Source of the DNA: a virus
Lineage: Duplodnaviria; Caudoviricetes
Virus record (IMG/VR): IMGVR_UViG_3300017754_000738
Coordinates: 1 to 29,953 of that record
Length of the DNA stretch: 29,953 bases
Reading direction: 5' to 3' (one strand)
The position numbers and the translations under genes were made by a program. The notes below the pieces were generated by a model. That model made no database searches, was not told the DNA's origin, and saw nothing but the letters and a program-made list of their open reading frames with translations. Numbering within the stretch: the stretch's first letter is position 1; every line of letters begins with the position of its first letter. Shown here piece by piece: positions 1 to 6,523 of this stretch.

Positions 1-55
1 CCATGTGAGGTTCGTCGGCAATCATCTGTAGCAGGCGTGCTTTGGCGTCAGTCAT
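1..55 (-). CDS. 5' end of a gene running off the window (MTDAKARLLQMIADEPHM...)
   Basis: ATG at 55 with AAGAGG RBS about 6 nt upstream; frame open to the window edge. Confidence 0.45.
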   Translation of the reverse strand, partial: MTDAKARLLQMIADEPHM

Positions 56-348
56 GTCCAGCCTCTTGTGGGGAGATGTTTGGGATTACACCATAGGTTC
101 CCCAAGGGTGAGAAGCCGTGGCTCCCATCCCTCGCCCAGCGGGCGCACTTGTTGCACCGCCTAGCGTTCCTGTAAGGCTGCTATTCATTCGGAAGGGGTC
201 TTGTCTCACCATGTCCCCCTACCTTATCCAGTCCCTAGCAGAGAGGCTGGACGCACACATGGGGTGAAGCACGGTACGGTCTTTCATGGGTTCAGCCGAT
301 GCAAGCTAAAGCTAACGCGCCCTGACGGCTGCGAAGAAAGACGGACGT

Positions 349-440
349 AAAAAAAGCCGTTACTACTGCACTGGGTCGAAACCTCCAAGTATCCCTAGAG
401 GCCAATGCATGAGTAACGGCTTTCATCTGTTGCTTTCGAC
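349..440 (-). promoter_or_regulatory. attenuator/terminator-like structured leader (c4-a1b1-like)
   Basis: Minus strand stem AAAGCCGTTACT-CAT-GCATTGG...CCAGTGC-AGT-AGTAACGGCTTT followed by a U-run; upstream GTCGAAA (440-434) is complementary to TTTCGAC (381-375) inside the hairpin. Confidence 0.55.
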
Positions 441-505
441 GACAACGCGGTCAGTGTAGCACAAAAATGAGGCCGTGTGCGTCCTTGTGCTTCCTTGGTG
501 GTTAT

Positions 506-582
506 TGGCTGGCATGAAAGGAATCGAACCTGTGACCTACAGCTTAGAAGGCTGTTGCTCTATCCAACTGAGCTACATGCCA
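506..582 (-). tRNA. tRNA-Arg(UCU)
   Basis: Cloverleaf TGGCATG...CATGCCA-G-CCA; anticodon arm ACAGC-CT-TCT-AA-GCTGT; T-loop TTCGATT; one T-stem mismatch; encoded CCA. Confidence 0.93.
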
Positions 583-602
583 AGATGTAGGTCAGCGTCT
601 GT

Positions 603-677
603 TGGTCTGTGCGGCAGGATTTGAACCTGCGACCCCTCGCTTCCAAAGCGAGAACGCTACCGCTGCGCCACGCACAG
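603..677 (-). tRNA. tRNA-Pro(UGG)
   Basis: CTGTGCG...CGCACAG-A-CCA; anticodon arm CTCGC-TT-TGG-AA-GCGAG; T arm GCAGG-TTCAAAT-CCTGC. Confidence 0.93.
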
Positions 678-717
678 AGATAGACGGTCGAGGAAGGTCT
701 TGGGCTTTCATGCCCGA

Positions 718-726
718 AGTGTAACA
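718..726 (-). promoter_or_regulatory. extended -10 promoter (TGTTACACT) upstream of the tRNA pair
   Basis: TGn-TACACT; the same motif recurs at other intergenic sites. Confidence 0.5.
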
Positions 727-731
727 CGGAA

Positions 732-956
732 TTACCCGCCCAGCTTGTTCTCATCAAGCCGATGGTCACCGCACCAGTCATCGCACCAGACGATGGGAAA
801 GCCACCCAGCATGGGAGCATGACGGCGACAGCGGCCAATGCCACGGTAGTCATCGGGCATGTTGAGCGAGGTTGGAACCTTGGGGGCGTACCAGATGCAG
901 GACTTGCACCTCATGCCTTGAGAGCGGTTAATCCACGGGTCGGTTGGTTGGGTCAT
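732..956 (-). CDS. small Cys-rich putative metal-binding protein (74 aa)
   Basis: Start refined to ATG 956 with AAGGAG RBS; CxxC...GRCRRHAP...WCGDH pattern. Confidence 0.75.
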   Translation of the reverse strand: MTQPTDPWINRSQGMRCKSCIWYAPKVPTSLNMPDDYRGIGRCRRHAPMLGGFPIVWCDDWCGDHRLDENKLGG

Positions 957-966
957 GTTGGTCTCC

Positions 967-1206
967 TTAAACTTTCCAAGTGATGGCTTTGACAGCCCAC
1001 ATCTGCGCGGTCTGCGCTTCAGTGATTGCAACACTGCACATGCGCTTGACCTCTGGGTTATGCGTTGAATCGCGTAGGTCGTTCATGTTGTCAATGATGT
1101 TTGCAAATGCCTTCTTGCACCTGTCAACGTCTTTGTTGTTGCCGGGATTGAAGGTCAGGCCAACAGCCTTCTCTCCATAAGTAATTTCACGTTGCTCTTG
1201 AGTCAT
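967..1206 (-). CDS. Acb2/Tad1-like helical hairpin protein (putative nucleotide-signal sponge)
   Basis: AGGAG RBS; FNP motif and C-terminal RMCSVAITEAQTAQMWAVKAIT resembling the Acb2/Tad1 signature. Confidence 0.7.
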   Translation of the reverse strand: MTQEQREITYGEKAVGLTFNPGNNKDVDRCKKAFANIIDNMNDLRDSTHNPEVKRMCSVAITEAQTAQMWAVKAITWKV

Positions 1207-1217
1207 GGTTTCTCCTA

Positions 1218-3470
1218 TTAAATTGCATATGGGTTCACCCGGCGCTGCTTCTTGCCTGAGTCTTCGTAGTCATCCTCGTCGTAGTCTTCCCTTGGCGGTG
1301 GGTCAACATTGAGCCAGCCAGCGTCCCGCAGGTAGCGCAGGGCTTGCGTACACATGTCCACGAAGTCGTCGTGGGTGGTCTCGGGGAAGCTGCATATCTG
1401 GCTGACGAACGGCTCGGCCCAGTCCTTGACGTAGCCCTTCTTGCCGTCCGACTCAGGTATCCACACCCGGCCACGGCTGATGATGTTGGACACGATGTTC
1501 AGGCGCTGCACCTTGTCGGCCTTGCCGGGGTTGTAGGCCATGACCGGGAGGTGACCCCTCTGAAGGTCTTGAATCAGGCTGATGCCTGCGGACTTGTCTT
1601 CGACCAGCACGAGGTCAACCCGCTTCTTGTCCCGGCCTTCTCCGTAGACCACCTCGTACTCGTCCATGACCTTGGGGCGCAGGTCGGGGTACTGGAGCCT
1701 GTCCTGCCAGCAGTCGATGAGCATGACCGACATTGGGCCGTCCAGTGGCTTGAACACGCCCCACGTTCCAGCAGCCGTCGGGTCGTTCTGGGTCTTCTCG
1801 CTGGTGGCGCAGTCGTAGGACTGGACGATGTACTCGAACTTGGGGAACTCCTTGCCCGCAGGCCAGAGCTTGAACATGTTGCGCTTGACGATGCCGCCCT
1901 CTTCGGGGTCGATGATTTCGGCGTAGATTTCCTGCCGCCCCAGCTTGGTGCCCTCAAACTGGAGAATCTGCTTCTGGAAGTTCTTGGACAGGTTGGCAAG
2001 GTTGGTGTAGGTTGAGGCCGTGGTCATCGCCACATCGTCGCCGTCCCGGCCCACCAGTTCGATGATGAGGTCTTTCGGTCTGGGTGTCGTGGTGCAGATG
2101 AGTCTCGTCCTCTCGCCTAGGCGGACACCAAACATTATTTGTTCCCACGCGGCTTGGAGGTAGTCCCACGCAGCAAGCTCATCGCAGTTGTGGACAACGA
2201 TGCCGTTGGCTATGTACTCGTGTTCGCCGTCAACCGTCAGGTTGTAGGTTGGGCAGTTGGGCAAGCGTTCGACGCGGCGTACCGCCAGTTGCCTGAGTGC
2301 GATAGGTTCTGACAGTGGACTTTGCGCCACAGGCTTTGCAGCAGTACCTCTGGAATCTTTTGACTGCCATGTACTCTTGCTGGCAGACGATGCAGTTGCG
2401 TGGCTCTGGCGCAAACTTGGCATTCCTCCATTGCTCCACACAAGGCCGGGAGCAGAACTTGCCAGCCTCTCTCGCAGAGTGCGACACAAAGCCTGCGCCA
2501 CATTGAATGCACTTCGCATCTTTTGGGGAACGTAATCGCTCCAGCGTTTTGCGTGCGGCGGCACGCTGCTTGTCAGAGGCCGGTTGTCCTGTGGCATGTA
2601 GTCGCTGGTGCTGGCCTCGGGGCATGGCCTCCAGATTGGCTGGGTCGTTGTTGCCCTTGTCTTCGTCCTTGTGGTGAACAACCCACCCGGCTGGGATGGG
2701 GCCGTGGTGCTGCTCGTAGACCACCCTGTGCGCATGTCTGCGTCCAATGTACTTGTAGCCACCCATACCAAATCACCTTCCGTAAGTTCGCCAGCGGGAA
2801 TCCACCGAGTCCCCACCAGTATCGGATGGTCAGTCGTCAATGTCAAGCTCGTTGCGCCACAATCAATAGCCGCCAGTTGGTTTGGGTTGCCAGACAGCGC
2901 TGATGCTGTGACCATGCGCGGGCCAAAGCGGGTCTGCACCATATCCCCAGCTTGGATGGATTCCACGGGCCGCTGTGTGCCGTCAGGCATCAAGATGAGT
3001 GTGCCCGCAGGTAAACACCAACCGCCGTGGAACTGCGGGCCACGGAAGCGCTCAGGTTCGGAGGCGGGTATGCCCTTGATGAGGGAGCCGTTGGTCAGGC
3101 GTAGCTCGTGCGCGGTCTTGTTGTAGTCGGCTATCAGCGCCTTGGGGATGACGGCCAGCAAACCTGAGTCGCCCTCGAAGCAGGTTGCCCGCACGTCGGC
3201 ACTGGTCGGGGCTGCAACAAGCCAGCGTGTCCCCGGCTCGGTGTAGGCCCACCACCCTATCTGCTCGGCGGCGGTACGGGTCTTCCCGGCACCACGCCCC
3301 GCCAGCAGCAGCCAGATAGTCCACCAGTCGCCGTGGGGAAGTATCTGGTGGTCATGGGCCTGCGTGAGCCACTTCATCCGCCACGCCCACGCTATGACGT
3401 ACTCAGGGCTGGCGTTGGCTAGGTCTCTCTTGACTGCCGGGTCTTCCAGCAGTTCAATGATGTCGGTCAT
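1218..3470 (-). CDS. terL: terminase large subunit containing an intein (750 aa precursor, about 473 aa spliced)
   Basis: Walker A GRGAGKT; Walker B GGW|CDE split by the intein; TTTP coupling motif; C-terminal nuclease (SYDCA, VEDKSAG, HDDFVD). Confidence 0.96.
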   Translation of the reverse strand: MTDIIELLEDPAVKRDLANASPEYVIAWAWRMKWLTQAHDHQILPHGDWWTIWLLLAGRGAGKTRTAAEQIGWWAYTEPGTRWLVAAPTSADVRATCFEGDSGLLAVIPKALIADYNKTAHELRLTNGSLIKGIPASEPERFRGPQFHGGWCLPAGTLILMPDGTQRPVESIQAGDMVQTRFGPRMVTASALSGNPNQLAAIDCGATSLTLTTDHPILVGTRWIPAGELTEGDLVWVATSTLDADMRTGWSTSSTTAPSQPGGLFTTRTKTRATTTQPIWRPCPEASTSDYMPQDNRPLTSSVPPHAKRWSDYVPQKMRSAFNVAQALCRTLRERLASSAPGLVWSNGGMPSLRQSHATASSASKSTWQSKDSRGTAAKPVAQSPLSEPIALRQLAVRRVERLPNCPTYNLTVDGEHEYIANGIVVHNCDELAAWDYLQAAWEQIMFGVRLGERTRLICTTTPRPKDLIIELVGRDGDDVAMTTASTYTNLANLSKNFQKQILQFEGTKLGRQEIYAEIIDPEEGGIVKRNMFKLWPAGKEFPKFEYIVQSYDCATSEKTQNDPTAAGTWGVFKPLDGPMSVMLIDCWQDRLQYPDLRPKVMDEYEVVYGEGRDKKRVDLVLVEDKSAGISLIQDLQRGHLPVMAYNPGKADKVQRLNIVSNIISRGRVWIPESDGKKGYVKDWAEPFVSQICSFPETTHDDFVDMCTQALRYLRDAGWLNVDPPPREDYDEDDYEDSGKKQRRVNPYAI
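2187..3017 (-). mobile_element. intein (277 aa, precursor residues 152-428) in TerL Walker B
   Basis: N-terminal CLPAGT (block A), TTDHPI (block B TxxH), TYNLTVDGEHEYIANG (block F), VVHN|C (block G, Cys +1). Confidence 0.95.
2230..2766 (-). CDS. HNH endonuclease with C-terminal Zn-finger repeats, nested in the -1 frame inside the intein
   Basis: HRVVYEQHHGPIPAGWVVHHKDEDKGNNDPANLEAM..H..LH (HNH_3-type) plus CxxC...FCSxxC and CxxC...YCCxxC; SD AAGGTGA 6 nt before the ATG. Confidence 0.88.
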   Translation of the reverse strand: MGGYKYIGRRHAHRVVYEQHHGPIPAGWVVHHKDEDKGNNDPANLEAMPRGQHQRLHATGQPASDKQRAAARKTLERLRSPKDAKCIQCGAGFVSHSAREAGKFCSRPCVEQWRNAKFAPEPRNCIVCQQEYMAVKRFQRYCCKACGAKSTVRTYRTQATGGTPRRTLAQLPNLQPDG

Positions 3471-3775
3471 GGGCCAAACTGAACGGTGGCTTTAGCGCGG
3501 CGTCTTTTTTCACGTTCGCTGGCGTATGTTTCTTCCAGCCACTCTCGATTCACCAGCGCCAGATTGAGATTCACCAAGTAGCTGTCAATGATGTTCCACT
3601 TGCTGACCGACAAAATGATGCGGGGCTTCATGTGCAGGCGCAGGCGAAAACGATAAGCGGTGGCCTCATGCCTGTGAAAGTTGTACCAAGCCCACCAGAT
3701 GACAAAACCGCCCGGTGCCTTGCGGTAGTTCAGGCCCAGCCTCATGCTGTTGCCCTCGGGGATGTGGTGAATCAT
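3467..3775 (-). CDS. hypothetical protein between terS and terL
   Basis: ATGA overlaps with both neighbouring genes. Confidence 0.65.
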   Translation of the reverse strand: MIHHIPEGNSMRLGLNYRKAPGGFVIWWAWYNFHRHEATAYRFRLRLHMKPRIILSVSKWNIIDSYLVNLNLALVNREWLEETYASEREKRRRAKATVQFGP

Positions 3776-4365
3776 TCTGCGTTCGCTGCCTGACGCTTGA
3801 GTTCGGCGTGCTTGACAAGCTCGGCCAGACTCTGCTCGGCCTCAATCTTCACCTCAAACTTCAAGGGATTGTCGGGGTCACCACCCAACTCTAGTTTGTC
3901 ACCGTACTTCTTGGGCCTGAGCTTCATGGCCGTCCACTTGCGTGCCTCAATGCGGTTCTTCTGCCAAGCGATGTAGGAACTGCTCAGTTCGATGCGGATG
4001 AGTTCGCCAGTCTTGCTGTCAATGATGGGGTTCACCTCGGGCCGCTCGTCAGCAATCTGGACAATTTGGTCAGCCAGCGTGTCAGCTTGTTCTTCGCGTG
4101 CGCGTGCGTATCTCTTCGCGAATTCAGGGTCTCTCAGCAACCAAGCGTACACCGCCGTCTGGCATGGCATGTCTGGCTCGTTGGTGATTGACTTGAGGCT
4201 CTCCCCACTGCTGATGCGATTACAGATAAGTTCTGCCATCTCCTCTGTGTAGGTAGTGGGTGCCCCTGCGTTGCTCTTTGTGGCCTCGGGTGTGTCTACC
4301 CCTTGGCTTGTGGTCGTTTTGGGCTTTGCGGGCCGTTTGGGCGGCTTAGCGGTAGTTTCTGGCAT
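3772..4365 (-). CDS. terS: terminase small subunit (Sf6 gp1-like)
   Basis: GESLKSI...MP...VYAWL...YARAREEQADTLAD...RIEARKW..MKLRPKKYGDK; upstream of terL; AAGGA RBS. Confidence 0.9.
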   Translation of the reverse strand: MPETTAKPPKRPAKPKTTTSQGVDTPEATKSNAGAPTTYTEEMAELICNRISSGESLKSITNEPDMPCQTAVYAWLLRDPEFAKRYARAREEQADTLADQIVQIADERPEVNPIIDSKTGELIRIELSSSYIAWQKNRIEARKWTAMKLRPKKYGDKLELGGDPDNPLKFEVKIEAEQSLAELVKHAELKRQAANAE

Positions 4366-4399
4366 GGTGAATCCTTATTCCTATGCGGGCCAGTGTAAC

Positions 4400-4474
4400 T
4401 GGTTGCGGGGGCTGGAATCGCACCAGCGGTCTTCTGGTTATGAGCCAGACGGATTACTGCTTTCCTACCCCGCG
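4400..4474 (-). tRNA. tRNA-Met(CAU), initiator-like, divergent
   Basis: CGCGGGG...CCCCGCA-A-CCA with C1:A72 mismatch; anticodon arm TCTGG-CT-CAT-AA-CCAGA; atypical T-loop TGCGATT. Confidence 0.8.
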
Positions 4475-4483
4475 ATAAAAGTT

Positions 4484-4581
4484 GTTGGTGGCTGGTACTG
4501 AACTCCAGCTCACGGTGTCCTGTGGTGCGTATAGGGAGCGCATGATTCACAGGCTTCTCGTCAGTCCGAGGATTCACCAAC
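4484..4581 (-). ncRNA. C4-antisense-like RNA
   Basis: Closing stem GTTGGTG/CACCAAC; GGTGAAT..GGACTGA 5' arm and GCTGG-AGTTCAGTA-CCAGC-CACCA 3' arm resembling P1/P7-type C4 RNA as recalled. Confidence 0.6.
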
Positions 4582-4653
4582 ACGGCTGGAGGCTGGCCTG
4601 TTCTGGCGGCTCCGTCTATCACGGCAACATGCCGAGACCAGTCCCCATGCGTG
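4581..4653 (-). ncRNA. structured hairpin, c4-a1b1-like (copy 1)
   Basis: CACG-CAT-GGGGACTGG...CCAGCCTCC-AGC-CGTG. Confidence 0.55.
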
Positions 4654-4890
4654 ATGGCCTTCGTCTTTCCGAAGCGTCAGACGGTGCAACCGTAGGCAGA
4701 GGCTTGTCATTGCGTTCTGCGTAGCCTGCGAACAGGCGGATAAGTTGTCGGTGGTTCGGTGTGGACACATTCAGGCACTACCCCTAGCCGCCACTCCGTT
4801 TACGACTGCTTTGCGTTGCGTCAGGTTAGTGGCCCTTCGCTCTGCATTACCCTCGTCCCCCGTCCCACTGGGGTTTGCTCCTTCCCACCA

Positions 4891-5007
4891 ACACGGCTGG
4901 GTACTGGCTATCTAACCCACCTCATTCAAAAGTAGCCTAGGACTTCTGACTATCAGTTGGCGGGCCTACTAAGTCTTGCGGACTCAGGCTCCAGTACCCA
5001 TGCGTGT
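4891..5007 (-). ncRNA. structured hairpin, c4-a1b1-like (copy 2)
   Basis: ACACG-CAT-GGGTACTGG...CCAGTACCC-AGC-CGTGT; the 15-nt exact repeat caccaacacggctgg occurs at 4575-4589 and 4886-4900. Confidence 0.55.
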
Positions 5008-5081
5008 AAGTGCCAGCGCAGGGAGCTTCAGTAGAGTGACCTGCGACCAGCCCTGTCCGATTACTGTGCGTTGGCAAAAGT

Positions 5082-5090
5082 ATTCTAACA
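5082..5090 (-). promoter_or_regulatory. extended -10 promoter (TGTTAGAAT) heading the ncRNA/tRNA/terminase region
   Basis: TGn-TAGAAT about 6 nt upstream of the first stem (TGCCAACGCA at 5076). Confidence 0.5.
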
Positions 5091-5097
5091 CAAAGTT

Positions 5098-5112
5098 GCC
5101 CCTTACGGGGGC
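5098..5112 (-). terminator. GC-rich GNRA-capped hairpin, possible terminator
   Basis: GCCCCC-GTAA-GGGGC; only a weak U-tract follows. Confidence 0.35.
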
Positions 5113-5208
5113 GAGTCGGTCAAATCGCAGTGAATAAGGTGCCCACTACTTTGACTGGCGCGGTTAAGAGGGGAGATTCAAAAAAAACCCTCGTTGCCCA
5201 CTCACGCC

Positions 5209-5337
5209 TTACAGCAAACTTACTACAACGAAAACAATGGCACCAAAACCGATGATGGCGAAGAGTACGACCAGCACACCAAAAACGGTGTACAAGATGT
5301 CGAAAAGGTACTCGTAGTCATCATCGTCGTCAATCAT
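5209..5337 (-). CDS. small single-pass membrane protein (42 aa)
   Basis: Hand translation MIDDDDDYEYLFDILYTVFGVLVVLFAIIGFGAIVFVVVSLL; ATGA overlap with the upstream gene. Confidence 0.65.
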   Translation of the reverse strand: MIDDDDDYEYLFDILYTVFGVLVVLFAIIGFGAIVFVVVSLL

Positions 5338-5591
5338 GCTTTGCCCCTTGCTCGGATGGCAGCTTGCAAGGCACAGAAATCGTCGTGCGCTTTGCGCGTT
5401 GTCTCCATGTGCTTATTACTAGCGCCGTGGATTGACCACCACTTGCGTGCAAACTCCTCACACAACTTGGCGCACTCTTCACTCTCGTCGGCACGGATAA
5501 GTTTGGCGTACTTTTTGTCATCAAATTCAGAGGGGTTGACCTCGCATTGCTCGGCTAACTCCGCGTCTCGCTTCATGTCTCGTTTGTTCAT
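5334..5591 (-). CDS. hypothetical phage protein
   Basis: ECAKLCE...AAIRARG motif typical of small phage ORFs; translational coupling. Confidence 0.75.
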   Translation of the reverse strand: MNKRDMKRDAELAEQCEVNPSEFDDKKYAKLIRADESEECAKLCEEFARKWWSIHGASNKHMETTRKAHDDFCALQAAIRARGKA

Positions 5592-5821
5592 TTCCCGTCC
5601 TCCTCGCTTGCCATCGTGTAGGAATCGACTAGCTTACGCAGGTCTTTGCTGTCGCCTGCAATCAGCATGGCAATGCGTCTGCGGTCGCGCTGTAGGGCTT
5701 TGAGTGTGTCTGTTTGCACGGGGTTTTTTGTGCCCTTCATCACCATGTCGATGCAAATCTTGCGGGCATCAAGCCCACCCAAGTCGTATGCATTAACGTA
5801 ATTCCCGTCAGCATCATTCAT
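5588..5821 (-). CDS. hypothetical protein
   Basis: Start refined to the ATGA overlap at 5821, GGGAG RBS. Confidence 0.65.
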   Translation of the reverse strand: MNDADGNYVNAYDLGGLDARKICIDMVMKGTKNPVQTDTLKALQRDRRRIAMLIAGDSKDLRKLVDSYTMASEEDGK

Positions 5822-6042
5822 ACTGTCTCCCTCGCTTTCAGCATTGCGTCTGCCATTGCGTAAGAGGCTTCTGCATACCAATTCCAACCACCACCAATAA
5901 GTGAGTCTTGATAATCTTCTCCAGTAGCAAGCAGCCCCTGCATCGCCCGTCCCGCAAATTCATCACGCAGGGTCATGTCGCGGGCATAGCCGCCTGTCTT
6001 CTCCATCCATGTTGGGTCGATGGTTGTGGTTTCTTCTTTCAT
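5818..6042 (-). CDS. conserved small phage protein (MTLRDxFAxxAMQG family)
   Basis: MTLRDEFAGRAMQGLLA...SYAMADAMLKAR motif. Confidence 0.8.
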   Translation of the reverse strand: MKEETTTIDPTWMEKTGGYARDMTLRDEFAGRAMQGLLATGEDYQDSLIGGGWNWYAEASYAMADAMLKARETV

Positions 6043-6347
6043 TTCTTGCTCTCCTGAATCAGTTTACGGATGGCTTGCTGCGTTGCTTCACGCTCTACTT
6101 CATCCAAGTACCCGCGACAACCAGTATGCAGCGCGTCACGGCATTCGCGCATAAACGCTTCGTCTTGGTCTACTCCTGCCGTTTTAGCCACTGTTTTGAT
6201 AACGGTAAACATCAGCCAAGCACCAACAACCCAGCCAATCACAAACTTGGCAAACTCCAAGCCAAAGTAGGCATAGGCCGCAGTGCTTGCGTCACCTGAC
6301 AATTGCCGGATGGTGTCCAGCACCAGTTTCAATTCTTCGATGTTCAT
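6039..6347 (-). CDS. hypothetical protein with one predicted TM helix
   Basis: GAGGAG RBS; hydrophobic FVIGWVVGAWLMFTVI. Confidence 0.7.
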   Translation of the reverse strand: MNIEELKLVLDTIRQLSGDASTAAYAYFGLEFAKFVIGWVVGAWLMFTVIKTVAKTAGVDQDEAFMRECRDALHTGCRGYLDEVEREATQQAIRKLIQESKK

Positions 6348-6523
6348 GCTTGCTCCTCAATTGCTGCGGCCAACTTAGTCCTGTTCTGCTCGTAGATGGT
6401 GTCGAACACAATCAACGCACCCGCTCTGCTGATAGTGCCATCTGCAATCCGCGTGATGATTGCGGCCAAGTACGCTGGCGGCATCAGGGCGTTCATAAGC
6501 TGCCACTTTTGGTCTTCGGTCAT
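6344..6523 (-). CDS. hypothetical protein
   Basis: Start refined to ATG 6523 with AAGGAG RBS. Confidence 0.65.
   Translation of the reverse strand: MTEDQKWQLMNALMPPAYLAAIITRIADGTISRAGALIVFDTIYEQNRTKLAAAIEEQA

Noticed and set aside
560-853. 97-aa ORF over the tRNAs
   Set aside because: Overlaps two well-formed tRNAs and a better-supported CDS
1344-2015. Long antisense ORFs (also 5194-5703, 12969-13598, 18370-18945, 21096-22049, 25645-26298)
   Set aside because: Typical antisense shadows of GC-rich coding genes, with no independent signals
2230-2766. Assembly frameshift as the explanation for the out-of-frame HNH
   Set aside because: It would need two compensating errors; the intein frame is fully open and the HNH ORF has its own SD, start and stop. 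Not fully excluded without reads.
2237-2903. Other ORFs over the intein (third minus frame and plus strand)
   Set aside because: The third frame is broken by stops and none of these ORFs has motifs or an RBS; only the HNH frame is supported
4540-4570. Hammerhead ribozyme core (CTGACGA on the minus strand)
   Set aside because: No stem II-GAAA-stem III arrangement follows; it fits a C4-like loop better
4256-4770. Short ORFs across the ncRNA region
   Set aside because: No RBS or motifs; they overlap a tRNA and stable stems
4575-4900. CRISPR-like repeat
   Set aside because: Only two 15-nt copies 311 nt apart and no cas genes
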